A stretch of DNA of 64,000 nt from Bacilli bacterium (GTDB lineage: Bacteria > Bacillota_I > Bacilli_A > RF39 > UBA660), in contig JAAVZT010000036.1 of assembly GCA_022791775.1 (NCBI GenBank), forward strand, positions 8,335-72,334, written 5' to 3'. The position numbers and the translations under genes were made by a program. This document shows, in pieces, positions 1 to 9,401 of this stretch. The notes under the pieces are model-generated. The model was not told where the DNA came from, made no database searches, and saw nothing but the letters and a program-made list of their open reading frames with translations. Position 1 is the first letter of the stretch. Every line of letters starts with the position of its first letter.

Positions 1-1
1 C

Positions 2-646
2 CAAGTTGCTACAAAATTAGGAGAAGATACAATATTATTTGACGAAAAACAAAATATTGGTATTAATAAAGAAGTGTTAGAATTTGAGAATAAAGAGGAA
101 TATTTAAATCGTTTAAATGTTAAAAATATCACTGAATTAAAAGAATATTCTGCAGTTGAATTGGGAAATAATTTTCAATTAGGAACAAAATATTCGGAGA
201 GCATGAATTTAACTTACATAGATGAAAATGGCGAAAATAAACCTTACTTTATGGGCTGTTATGGAATTGGGGTTGGTAGAATTATTGCATCTATCATAGA
301 AAATAATGTGATAATAGAAGATGAAAAAATAAAAGGATTTGCCATACCATATCACCTTGCTCCATACAAAGTACAAATTATATATAATGAAAAAAATCGA
401 GAGAATGCTGAACATATTTATTCCATATTGCTAGAGAATAATATCCCTTGCATCTTAGATGATCGTGAAAATCTAATGATAGGAAATCGTATTAATGATG
501 TTTTTGTCTTAGGAACTCCAAAAATGATAGTTTTGGGAAATCGTTATGATGGAGAAAATATTGAGATAGAAAATATAAAAGATCATACGAAAGAAAGTAT
601 ACCAGTTATAAACCTAGTATCCTATTTTAAAAAAGTAAATAATTAG
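2..646 (+). CDS. proS: Prolyl-tRNA synthetase, C-terminal part (5' end outside window); short form without INS editing domain
   Basis: Frame open from position 2: GEDT...ELGNNFQLGTKYS...MGCYGIGVGRII (motif 3), then anticodon-binding domain LAPYKVQI...LDDR. Confidence 0.93.
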   Translation, partial: QVATKLGEDTILFDEKQNIGINKEVLEFENKEEYLNRLNVKNITELKEYSAVELGNNFQLGTKYSESMNLTYIDENGENKPYFMGCYGIGVGRIIASIIENNVIIEDEKIKGFAIPYHLAPYKVQIIYNEKNRENAEHIYSILLENNIPCILDDRENLMIGNRINDVFVLGTPKMIVLGNRYDGENIEIENIKDHTKESIPVINLVSYFKKVNN

Positions 647-677
647 AAAAAATTGTAGTAAGTCTACAATTTTTTTC
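647..677 (+). terminator. Intrinsic terminator after proS
   Basis: AAAAAATTGTAG-taagt-CTACAATTTTTT hairpin with T tract. Confidence 0.85.
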
Positions 678-721
678 TGAATAATTTTTTGATATAATAC
701 AATTTAGAAAAGAGGAACTTT

Positions 722-1841
722 ATGAAATCAGATATAAAAAATGAATTAGAATTATTATTAACAAAAGTAAATGATATTGGGAGGTCACTTTGACGTAACG
801 GCAAAACAAAATAAAATACAAATTTTAGAAGAAAAAATAAACGAAACTAATTTTTGGAATGACGTTAACTCTGCCAATGAGGTAGTAAAAGAATTATCTT
901 TATTAAAAAAGATCGTTCAAAAGATATTAGAAACAAAAAAAGAAATTGTGGATAACTTAGAACTTATCGACATATTAGATGAAATGGAATTAATTTTATT
1001 AGAAGAATCGATAAATAAAATAAAAAAAGAAATAGAAAAATTAGAAATCGATAATTTATTAAATGGAAAATTTGATTCTTTAAACTGTTATTTAGAAATA
1101 CATCCAGGAGCTGGTGGCACAGAATCTTGTGACTGGGCGAGTATGCTTCTTCGTATGTATGAAAGATTTTGTGAAAAAAATAATTATACTTATGAAATAA
1201 TAGATGAACAAAAAGGAGAAGAAGCTGGAATTAAAAGTGCAGTTATATTAATAAAAGGAGAATTTCCTTATGGCTATTTAAAGGAAGAAAAAGGAGTTCA
1301 TCGACTTGTAAGAATTTCTCCATTTGATTCTAATGCTCGAAGACATACTAGTTTTGCTTCAGTTAGTATTACCCCTGAATTTAATCAAAATATTGATATT
1401 GAAATAAAAGAAAGTGAGATAAAAATAGATGTATACCATAGTAGTGGAGCTGGAGGACAATCTGTAAATACTTCCAATTCAGCAGTTCGTATTACCCATA
1501 TACCAACTAAAACAGTAGTGACGTGTCAAAATGAACGAAGTCAATTAAAAAATAAAGATCAAGCTATGAAAATGTTAAAAAGTAAACTCATTCAAATAGA
1601 AGAAGAAAAAAAAGAAAAAGAAATAAATGCCGTAAAAGGAGTAATAGAAAATAATGAATGGGGAAGTCAAATTCGAAATTATGTATTAGAACCTTATAAA
1701 TTAATTAAAGATCTAAGAAGTGGATATGAATCTAGTAATGTGGATAAAATATTAGATGGTGATATCATGGAAATGATTGAATCCGTATTAAAGGCAAAGG
1801 TTGAAAAAAAATGCAAAGAATTCAAAAATATGGAAATGTAA
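722..1841 (+). CDS. prfB: Peptide chain release factor 2, translated via programmed +1 frameshift
   Basis: ATG 722 with RBS encodes MKSDIKNELELLLTKVNDIGRSL then TGA; +1 frame carries SPF and GAGGQ motifs. Confidence 0.96.
779..794 (+). promoter_or_regulatory. RF2 autoregulatory +1 frameshift site
   Basis: GGGAGG-tca-CTT-TGA-C: internal SD-like sequence plus canonical slippery/stop site. Confidence 0.95.
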
Positions 1842-2671
1842 TATTTGGATTATTATTTGTAGCAATTACTTATAATCTATTTTTTGCTCCCTTAAATTTA
1901 GTAACTGGAGGAGTAAGTGGTTTAGCAATCATTATGAAACACTTATTTTGGATAAACGAAAGTTTTTTTATTTTGATTACAAATATAATTTTATTATTAA
2001 TAAGTTATTTTGTTTTAGGTAAAGATTTAACTAAAAATACATTACTTGGATCTCTTCTTCTACCAATAATGATTCAAATAACTTCTAACATAAATGAATT
2101 AATTAATTTAGATGGATTAGAGATGCTTATTAAAGCTATATTAGGGGGCATAATAAGTGGAATTGGATATGGGATGATTTTTAAAAATAATTTTACTTCG
2201 GGAGGAACAGACATTTTAAATCAAATCGCTGAAAAAAAATTTAAAATTCCGATTAGCAAATCAATGATTTATATTGATGGCTCGATTGTATTATTAGGAT
2301 GCATTATATTTGGAATAGAGTCGATGGTATATTCCATAATTGCATTATTATTTATTAGTACAATAAGTAATAAAACTATGTTAGGAATTCACAATAATAA
2401 GATATTTTACATTCAGACAAAAAAAATGGCTCAAATAAAAAGATATTTAATCCAAGATTTAAAATATGACGTAACGATTTTTGAAGGAATAGGTGGATTT
2501 TCTCAAAAAAAGAAACAGCTTATATTATGTAGTGTTAAAACTTCGGATTATTATAAAGTAAAAACTGGAATAGAATTACTTGATCAAGAAGCTTTAATTA
2601 TTATTACCGAAAATTATGAATTATTAAATGAAAACTTAATGGTTCCAAAAAAATTAAATAATAAAAATTAA
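1811..2671 (+). CDS. YitT-family membrane protein
   Basis: TGGVSGLAII and TSGGTDIL motifs, several TM segments, soluble C-terminal domain. Confidence 0.85.
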   Translation: MQRIQKYGNVIFGLLFVAITYNLFFAPLNLVTGGVSGLAIIMKHLFWINESFFILITNIILLLISYFVLGKDLTKNTLLGSLLLPIMIQITSNINELINLDGLEMLIKAILGGIISGIGYGMIFKNNFTSGGTDILNQIAEKKFKIPISKSMIYIDGSIVLLGCIIFGIESMVYSIIALLFISTISNKTMLGIHNNKIFYIQTKKMAQIKRYLIQDLKYDVTIFEGIGGFSQKKKQLILCSVKTSDYYKVKTGIELLDQEALIIITENYELLNENLMVPKKLNNKN

Positions 2672-2682
2672 GGGAGAAAAAT

Positions 2683-4032
2683 ATGAAGGAAGAAGCAACG
2701 TTTTTAAAAAAAATATTAAAACCAAATGATAAGCTAATTATAGCTTGTTCGGGAGGACCAGATTCCATGTGTTTACTATATATTTTATTACAGATAAAAA
2801 AAGTGATTCCCATTAAAATTATCTGTGCTCATATAAATCATAAAAAAAGAAAAGAATCTGATTTTGAATTTAAAATGGTTCAAGATTATTGCCATAGAAA
2901 TCAGATTCTTTTCGAAGGAATTGAATTTTTAAACTATCCTGATGGCAACTTTCATTTTAATTCTCATCAAATGCGTCATGATTATTTTGAAAAATTAATA
3001 AAGAAATATCAAGCAAATTATTTGGTAACTGCTCATCACGGAGATGATTTAATTGAAACGATTTTAATGCGTTTAACAAGAGGTAGTAGTTTTAAAGGTT
3101 ATGCAGGCTTTTCTGATATAGAAGTTCAAAAAGATTACACCGTGATAAGGCCGTTTGTTACAACGACCAAAAAAGAAATTTTAAAATTCAATCAAGAAAA
3201 AAATATTCCATATTGTATTGATAAAAGTAATGAAAAAGACCAATATACAAGAAATCGGTATCGGCACCAAATTTTACCTTTTTTAAAAGAAGAAAATAAA
3301 AATGTTCACCTAAAGTTTAAAGAATTTCACGATAAACTTTGTCGAATTGATGAATTTCTTGTGAAAATTATTGCGAACGGCTTGACGGAATGCTTAGAGA
3401 ATGATAATTTACTTATTGTTGAATGGAAAAAGTTAGAAGATTTTCTTCAACGTGAAATATTACATCAATATTTAAAAAATATTTATCAAAATGATATTTA
3501 CTTATTAACAGATGTTCACATAAACAATATTATAAAGCTTTTGAAAAGTGAAAAAAGTAATGGAACGATATCTTTACCAAAATCTAAAATAGGCATCAAA
3601 AACTATCTTTCTTTTAAAATAGTAGATCGGAATAATCAAAATTCTTATCACATAAAATTAGAGGAAAATACATTTTTACCAAATGGTTCTTCTTTCAAAA
3701 AAATAAAAGAATCATTTAAACAAGGAAATGATATCATTCGGTTAGATAGTAGAGAAATAAATGGACCATTATATGTTCGAACAAGAGAAATAAGTGACGT
3801 AATAGAAGTCAAAAACTTAAAAGGTCATCAAAAAGTAAAAAAAATTTTTATTGATAAAAAAATACCTCCAGAAATGAGAAACTATTGGCCTATTGTAACA
3901 GATAATAAAAATCAAATTATTTGGATACCAGGTTTAAAAAAGTCAAAATTTGATAAAAATTTAAATGAAAAATATGATATAATATATAAATATGATTTTA
4001 GTAAGGAGAAAAAATATGTCACGGAAAAGTAA
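2683..4032 (+). CDS. tilS: tRNA(Ile)-lysidine synthetase
   Basis: SGGPDS PP-loop, AHHGDDLIETILMRL, RNRYR; directly upstream of ftsH. Confidence 0.95.
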   Translation: MKEEATFLKKILKPNDKLIIACSGGPDSMCLLYILLQIKKVIPIKIICAHINHKKRKESDFEFKMVQDYCHRNQILFEGIEFLNYPDGNFHFNSHQMRHDYFEKLIKKYQANYLVTAHHGDDLIETILMRLTRGSSFKGYAGFSDIEVQKDYTVIRPFVTTTKKEILKFNQEKNIPYCIDKSNEKDQYTRNRYRHQILPFLKEENKNVHLKFKEFHDKLCRIDEFLVKIIANGLTECLENDNLLIVEWKKLEDFLQREILHQYLKNIYQNDIYLLTDVHINNIIKLLKSEKSNGTISLPKSKIGIKNYLSFKIVDRNNQNSYHIKLEENTFLPNGSSFKKIKESFKQGNDIIRLDSREINGPLYVRTREISDVIEVKNLKGHQKVKKIFIDKKIPPEMRNYWPIVTDNKNQIIWIPGLKKSKFDKNLNEKYDIIYKYDFSKEKKYVTEK

Positions 4033-6001
4033 TGTAAATACAATCAAAAATTTATTTCCATATGTTGTACTCATAGTAGTAGTTTTTATTGTGTTATCAG
4101 TTTTAAATATGGGAAGAAATATTAATCATGAACTTACAACAGGTGAGTTAATGAATGCAATTTCTAATAAAACTGTTACTGAAATAATGATTACTCCAAG
4201 TGGAGATGAAAGTATTTATTATATAGAAGGTAAATTAAATAATTATAAAGACAATGAAACCTTTAAATCAAAAGTGGTGGAAGCAGAATTATCTAATATA
4301 GTGAAATATGCAGAATCAAATAACCTTAAAGTCTATGAGACGAATGCTGATCCTGGATCTTTTTCTTGGATGTATGTTTTGGTAAACGTAGTGCCGTTAT
4401 TTTTGTTAGTAGGAGTAACTTATTTTCTATTTTCTAAAATGGCAAATAGTAATAAAGGAAGCATGGATTTTGGAAAAAGTCGTGCTAGATTAAGTGAAGA
4501 TGGCGGGAATGTAAAATTTTCAGATGTAGCGGGATTAAAAGAAGAAAAAGAAGAAGTAAAAGAATTAATTGATTTTTTAAAAAGCCCTAAGAAATTTCAA
4601 AAATTAGGTGCTAGAATACCAAAAGGCGTTTTATTAGTAGGGCCTCCAGGAACAGGTAAAACTTTACTAGCAAAAGCTGTAGCTGGAGAAGCCAATGTTC
4701 CATTCTTCTATATTAGTGGCTCAGATTTTGTAGAATTATTTGTTGGTGTAGGAGCCAGTCGAGTTAGAGAAATGTTTAAAGATGCCAAACGAAATGCTCC
4801 ATGTTTAATATTCATTGACGAAATTGACGCTGTAGGACGTCAAAGAGGTTCTGGAATAGGTGGAGGACACGATGAAAGAGAACAAACTTTAAACCAATTA
4901 TTAACTGAGATGGATGGATTTGGTGCCAATGAAGGAATTATCATTATTGCAGCGACAAATCGTCCCGATGTTTTAGATCCAGCTTTACTTCGTCCAGGAA
5001 GATTTGATCGACAAGTAACAGTAAATTTACCAGATGCAAAAGAAAGAGAAGAAATTTTAAATGTTCATGGCAAGAATAAAACCTTTGCTAAAAATGTTAA
5101 CTTAAAAAACATCAGTCTTCGAACACCAGGATTTAGTGGAGCAGACTTAGAGAATTTATTAAATGAAGCTGCATTACTAGCTGTACGAAAAAATCAAGAT
5201 GCTATTACAATGGATGATATTGATGAAGCAACTGATCGAGTATTAATGGGACCAGCTAAAACATCACATAAAATAACTGAAAAAGAAAAAAGATTAGTAA
5301 GTATTCATGAAGCAGGACATGCAGTAATCGGTATCAAATTAGAAGATGCAAATGAGGTTCATAAAATTACAATTATTCCTCGAGGTAGTGCTGGAGGGTA
5401 TACCATGATGCTTCCAAAAGAAGAGAGAATGTCTATCATGTCTAAAAATGAATTATTGGCAACCATCACAGGCTTATTAGGTGGACGTGCAAGTGAAGAA
5501 TTATTTTTAGGAGAAGTGACAACAGGAGCGAGCGATGATTTTAAAAGAGCAACCAATATTGCCCGCAGCATGGTAACAGAATATGGTATGAGTGATTTGG
5601 GTCCAATGCAATACGAACAAAAAGAAGAAGGAATTTTTCTTGGCAGAGATTACAACAAATCAAAAAATTATTCAGACCAAGTAGCCTTAGAAATTGATCA
5701 AGCAGCACGTAAAATTATTGACGAATGTTATAACAAAGCCAAAGAAATTATGAAAAAAAATAAAGATTTAGTTATGTTATTAAGCGATGCTTTAATGGAA
5801 CGAGAAACATTAACAAAAGAACAAATTGAATCGTTAGTTCTAAATGGAAAAATAGAAGAAAATGATGAGATTAGCTCCAATGATGATGAGCCAACAATTT
5901 TAAAATTAAGAGAATTAGCAAAAGCAAAAGGAATAAAAGGCTATACAAAAATGAACAAAGAAGAATTGAAAGAAGCTTTAGATAAAGAAGAAAATTTATA
6001 A
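4016..6001 (+). CDS. ftsH: ATP-dependent zinc metalloprotease FtsH with extra C-terminal Rho_N-like helical tail
   Basis: Two TM helices, [19 protein letters not shown]; start moved to ATG 4016 after AGGAG. Confidence 0.97.
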   Translation: MSRKSNVNTIKNLFPYVVLIVVVFIVLSVLNMGRNINHELTTGELMNAISNKTVTEIMITPSGDESIYYIEGKLNNYKDNETFKSKVVEAELSNIVKYAESNNLKVYETNADPGSFSWMYVLVNVVPLFLLVGVTYFLFSKMANSNKGSMDFGKSRARLSEDGGNVKFSDVAGLKEEKEEVKELIDFLKSPKKFQKLGARIPKGVLLVGPPGTGKTLLAKAVAGEANVPFFYISGSDFVELFVGVGASRVREMFKDAKRNAPCLIFIDEIDAVGRQRGSGIGGGHDEREQTLNQLLTEMDGFGANEGIIIIAATNRPDVLDPALLRPGRFDRQVTVNLPDAKEREEILNVHGKNKTFAKNVNLKNISLRTPGFSGADLENLLNEAALLAVRKNQDAITMDDIDEATDRVLMGPAKTSHKITEKEKRLVSIHEAGHAVIGIKLEDANEVHKITIIPRGSAGGYTMMLPKEERMSIMSKNELLATITGLLGGRASEELFLGEVTTGASDDFKRATNIARSMVTEYGMSDLGPMQYEQKEEGIFLGRDYNKSKNYSDQVALEIDQAARKIIDECYNKAKEIMKKNKDLVMLLSDALMERETLTKEQIESLVLNGKIEENDEISSNDDEPTILKLRELAKAKGIKGYTKMNKEELKEALDKEENL

Positions 6002-6187
6002 AGCTTCTTTTTTTTTAAAATTAAAAAAGTTATAAAAAAAAGAATTATAGAAATATAAATATGAAAATAGTTTATTTTGGCTAATAAAAATAATTTAACA
6101 AAAAGATAAAAGACAAAAAATAAAAAAATTCCTCTTTTGACGGCTTTATTTCTATGTGATAAAGTCACTTTCACAGAAGGTGATTAT

Positions 6188-6655
6188 TTGAAAAATTATT
6201 ATGTAATTAATTGTTTTGATGGCGTGCCAATTTTAGAATTTATATTAAATCAAAACTATAAAGCACTTGAAGATGTTAAAACAATTAATTGGGGTGAAAT
6301 AAAATATATTATTTTAGATTTTAAAACAGAGCGGTTAAAAAATAATAAGACAATAGAAAAAGGAAGTGTAACATACCAAAATAAAATATTAACAAAGCGA
6401 ATCATATACATAAGAATCAATATATATAATGCGCATATGCAAGAAAAAAGAGTAAAAAAAAGATCGTATCAAAAGTTAATTGAATTTTCAGAAATTTTAT
6501 TTCAAAAAGAACCAAGAGATTTTTTTGAATATATAAAAAGCCATAAATTAATGAATATGCATGATTTAAAAAATCTGAAAAAAGCTCTAGAAAATATGGA
6601 AAATGAGCAAAAAATACTAGATTCATGGAAAAATGTTTGTTCTAAAAAAAAATAA
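6188..6655 (+). CDS. Hypothetical protein
   Basis: Open frame 6137-6655; GAAGGTGA RBS favours TTG 6188; no motif recognised. Confidence 0.6.
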   Translation: MKNYYVINCFDGVPILEFILNQNYKALEDVKTINWGEIKYIILDFKTERLKNNKTIEKGSVTYQNKILTKRIIYIRINIYNAHMQEKRVKKRSYQKLIEFSEILFQKEPRDFFEYIKSHKLMNMHDLKNLKKALENMENEQKILDSWKNVCSKKK

Positions 6656-6673
6656 AATAACCAACTATTTCTA

Positions 6674-6717
6674 AAGACAAAAGATACTTCTTGTGATAAA
6701 ATATCAATAGTGACGAA
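6674..6717 (+). promoter_or_regulatory. Predicted sigma-A promoter of soj/parA with downstream Spo0A box
   Basis: AAGACA(6674)-17 bp-TAAAAT(6697) with TG extension; TGACGAA at 6711-6717. Confidence 0.55.
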
Positions 6718-6734
6718 AATGTGAAGGTGGTATT

Positions 6735-7520
6735 ATGGCAAAAGTAATTTCATTGGTTAACCAAAAAGGCGGAGTAGGAAAAACTACAACTAGTATTAAT
6801 CTTGCTGCAGCTTTAGGAAAAGAAGGAAAAAAAACCTTATTATTAGATTTGGACCCGCAGGGGAATGCTTCATCGGGTTTAGGATTAAATGCCAATGATT
6901 TTAAAAATGATATTTATGATGTGATAACTGGAAATTGCGAATTATCAGAAGCCATAATAAAAACGAAATTTAAAAATTTATCGGTTGTACCTGCTACCAT
7001 AAATCTAGCGGGAGTCGATGTTGAATTTGTGAAAAAAATGCTGGAAGATAATACGTTTCGCCAAAATGAGCAGTTAAGAATTGCTTTGGAAAATGTAAAA
7101 GATAAATTTGATTATATTATAATTGATTGTCAACCATCTCTAGGGATTTCTACTATGAATGCCTTAATTGCTAGCGATTCTGTTATAATACCAGTACAAT
7201 GCGAGTATTTTGCGCTAGAAGGAATTACTCAATTATTAAACACAATTATTTTAGTACAATCTAATATGAATCCAGAATTACGAATTGAAGGCGTTTTATT
7301 AACAATGCTAGATGGAAGAACAAATATTGGTCTAGAAATAATCGAAGAAGTTCGAAAATGTTTTAAAAGTAAGGTATTTAATACAATAATTCCCAGGTTA
7401 GTTCGTTTAGTAGAAGCTCCAAGTCATGGAAAACCAATCAGCGATTATGATCCTACAAGTCGTGCCACCCTTGCTTATCAAAATCTTGCAAAGGAAGTGA
7501 TTAGTAGAAATGGAAACTAA
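6735..7520 (+). CDS. parA: Chromosome partitioning ATPase ParA/Soj
   Basis: NQKGGVGKTTT deviant Walker A, DLDPQGNAS, IIDCQPSLG. Confidence 0.97.
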   Translation: MAKVISLVNQKGGVGKTTTSINLAAALGKEGKKTLLLDLDPQGNASSGLGLNANDFKNDIYDVITGNCELSEAIIKTKFKNLSVVPATINLAGVDVEFVKKMLEDNTFRQNEQLRIALENVKDKFDYIIIDCQPSLGISTMNALIASDSVIIPVQCEYFALEGITQLLNTIILVQSNMNPELRIEGVLLTMLDGRTNIGLEIIEEVRKCFKSKVFNTIIPRLVRLVEAPSHGKPISDYDPTSRATLAYQNLAKEVISRNGN

Positions 7521-8400
7521 ACGCAAAGCATTAGGAAAAGGATTAGAACAACTATTTTCAAATGAAGTAATTAATTTCGATAACTTTGAAAAAGAAATTA
7601 TTAGTGAAGCAAAAACCAATGATATTTTAGAGATTCCATTAAGTGAAATAAGAAGTAATCCTTATCAACCACGAAAGGTATTTAATGAAGAAACTCTACA
7701 AGAAATGGCTGAGTCCATTAAAGAACTTGGTGTAGTTCAACCAATTATTGTTAAAAAAAGCATTAAAGGATATGAACTGGTTGCAGGAGAACGTCGAACA
7801 AAAGCTGCAAAATTAGCAGGATTGGATACAATTCCAGCAATTATTAAAGACTTTAATGATCAAGAAATGATGGAAATTGCTTTAGTAGAAAATATTCAGC
7901 GGGAAGATTTAAATCCGATTGATGAAGCAACAGCGTACGACAATATTATTAGAATGAGTGGCATGACGCAAGAAGAGTTTGCTCGAAAATTTGGAAAAAG
8001 TCGCAGTTATGTTACAAATATGTTAGGATTGTTAAATTTACCAAATAATACAAAACGATTAGTACAAAATAAGAAATTAAGTATGGGTCACGCTAGAGCA
8101 TTAAGTAAAATAGAAGATAACCAGAAAATTGATGAACTAGCAACACGAGTAGTTGTAAATTCTGTTAGTGTGCGAGATTTAGAAAAATTAATTGCGGAAA
8201 GCGATTTACCAAAAAAGAATAAAATAATAAGAGCTGTAGATACCAAAAGTATTCGTAATTCTATATACGAGCGAATTATGCAAGAAAAGATCGGAACCAA
8301 AGTAAAAATTAATCCACGTAAAATTGAGATTCCATATGATTCTGAAAAAGATTTAGATCGAATTTTAGATATTTTAGGAATAAAAATAGAAGGAGAATAA
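7510..8400 (+). CDS. parB: Chromosome partitioning protein ParB/Spo0J
   Basis: NPYQPR, AGERR, ENIQREDL, HTH region GKSRSYVTNML, GHARAL. Confidence 0.97.
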   Translation: METKRKALGKGLEQLFSNEVINFDNFEKEIISEAKTNDILEIPLSEIRSNPYQPRKVFNEETLQEMAESIKELGVVQPIIVKKSIKGYELVAGERRTKAAKLAGLDTIPAIIKDFNDQEMMEIALVENIQREDLNPIDEATAYDNIIRMSGMTQEEFARKFGKSRSYVTNMLGLLNLPNNTKRLVQNKKLSMGHARALSKIEDNQKIDELATRVVVNSVSVRDLEKLIAESDLPKKNKIIRAVDTKSIRNSIYERIMQEKIGTKVKINPRKIEIPYDSEKDLDRILDILGIKIEGE

Positions 8401-8401
8401 A

Positions 8402-9217
8402 ATGAATCCACTTGTTCGGATTTATGAATTTTTTATACAAAAGCAAATCATAGGTCCCATTATAATTCTTGTCGTTGGTTTATTGTTAATTAAAATTATT
8501 ACGCATAGCATGAATAAAATATTTAACTATGGAGAAGAAGGCTTTGAACGAAAAAGACGTGTTACTATAATCGAATTAATGAACAATATCATTAAATATT
8601 TTATTTATATTTTAATGGCAATTTTTATTTTAGATTTATATGGTGTAGATACAAAATCTATCATTGCTAGTTTAGGAATAGCGGGAGTTATTTTTGGATT
8701 TGCTCTTCAATCTACAGTAGAAGATTTAATTAGTGGGATTACGATTATAATGAACAATTATTTTGTAATAGGAGATATCGTAAAATATAATGACTTTACT
8801 GGTGAAGTAATAGCGATGAGTTTAAATTGTACAAAAATTAGGAAAAGCAATGGTGAAGTTTATATTATTGCTAATCGAAATATTAATTCGGTAATTAATT
8901 TAAGCCAACATCGTGCTGGAATGCTATTAGAAATTCCAACTGCATATGAGGAAGAGACCGAAAAAGTAGAAAAAATTTTATTGCAAATTGTTGAAGAAAT
9001 AAAAAAAATGCCGTTTGTTTATAAAGAGTCAAAATATCTAGGAATTGAAAAATTAGAGTCTTCAGCTATTCATTATTCTATACTTATTTATTGTAGACAA
9101 GATAAGCAATGGCAAATAAAAAGAGATATTTGGAAAAAAATAAAAATCACATATGAAAAAGAAAAAATAAAAATTCCTTACTCACAGATAGAGGTGCATA
9201 ATGGAGCAAAAATATAA
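8402..9217 (+). CDS. Small-conductance mechanosensitive channel (MscS family)
   Basis: ASLGIAGVIFGFALQSTVEDLISG TM3 signature; IGDIVKYNDFTGEV beta domain. Confidence 0.88.
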   Translation: MNPLVRIYEFFIQKQIIGPIIILVVGLLLIKIITHSMNKIFNYGEEGFERKRRVTIIELMNNIIKYFIYILMAIFILDLYGVDTKSIIASLGIAGVIFGFALQSTVEDLISGITIIMNNYFVIGDIVKYNDFTGEVIAMSLNCTKIRKSNGEVYIIANRNINSVINLSQHRAGMLLEIPTAYEEETEKVEKILLQIVEEIKKMPFVYKESKYLGIEKLESSAIHYSILIYCRQDKQWQIKRDIWKKIKITYEKEKIKIPYSQIEVHNGAKI

Positions 9218-9401
9218 TTTAAATGATCATGTAATAATGAAAAAAGGTCATCCTTGTGGAGCAAATGAATGGATTATTATTCGCTTAGGTGTAGACATAA
9301 AATTAAAATGTGTAAACTGTGGTCGAGAGATAATGATAAATCGATTAGATTTTGAAAAAAAGCTTAAAAAAATTATAGGAGATAAAAATGAAAGTAAGTA
9401 A
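9201..9401 (+). CDS. DUF951 (YyzM-like) protein
   Basis: MKKGHPCGANEW...DIKLKCVNCGR; conserved position near ychF. Confidence 0.9.
   Translation: MEQKYNLNDHVIMKKGHPCGANEWIIIRLGVDIKLKCVNCGREIMINRLDFEKKLKKIIGDKNESK

Noticed and set aside
947-1747. Two perfect DnaA boxes (TGTGGATAA at 947 and 1739) inside prfB
   Set aside because: About 800 bp apart, in coding sequence, with no cluster or unwinding element; not evidence of an origin
6002-6187. A-rich region after ftsH with micro-ORF MKIVYFG
   Set aside because: No RBS, only 7 codons; consistent with a terminator plus spacer
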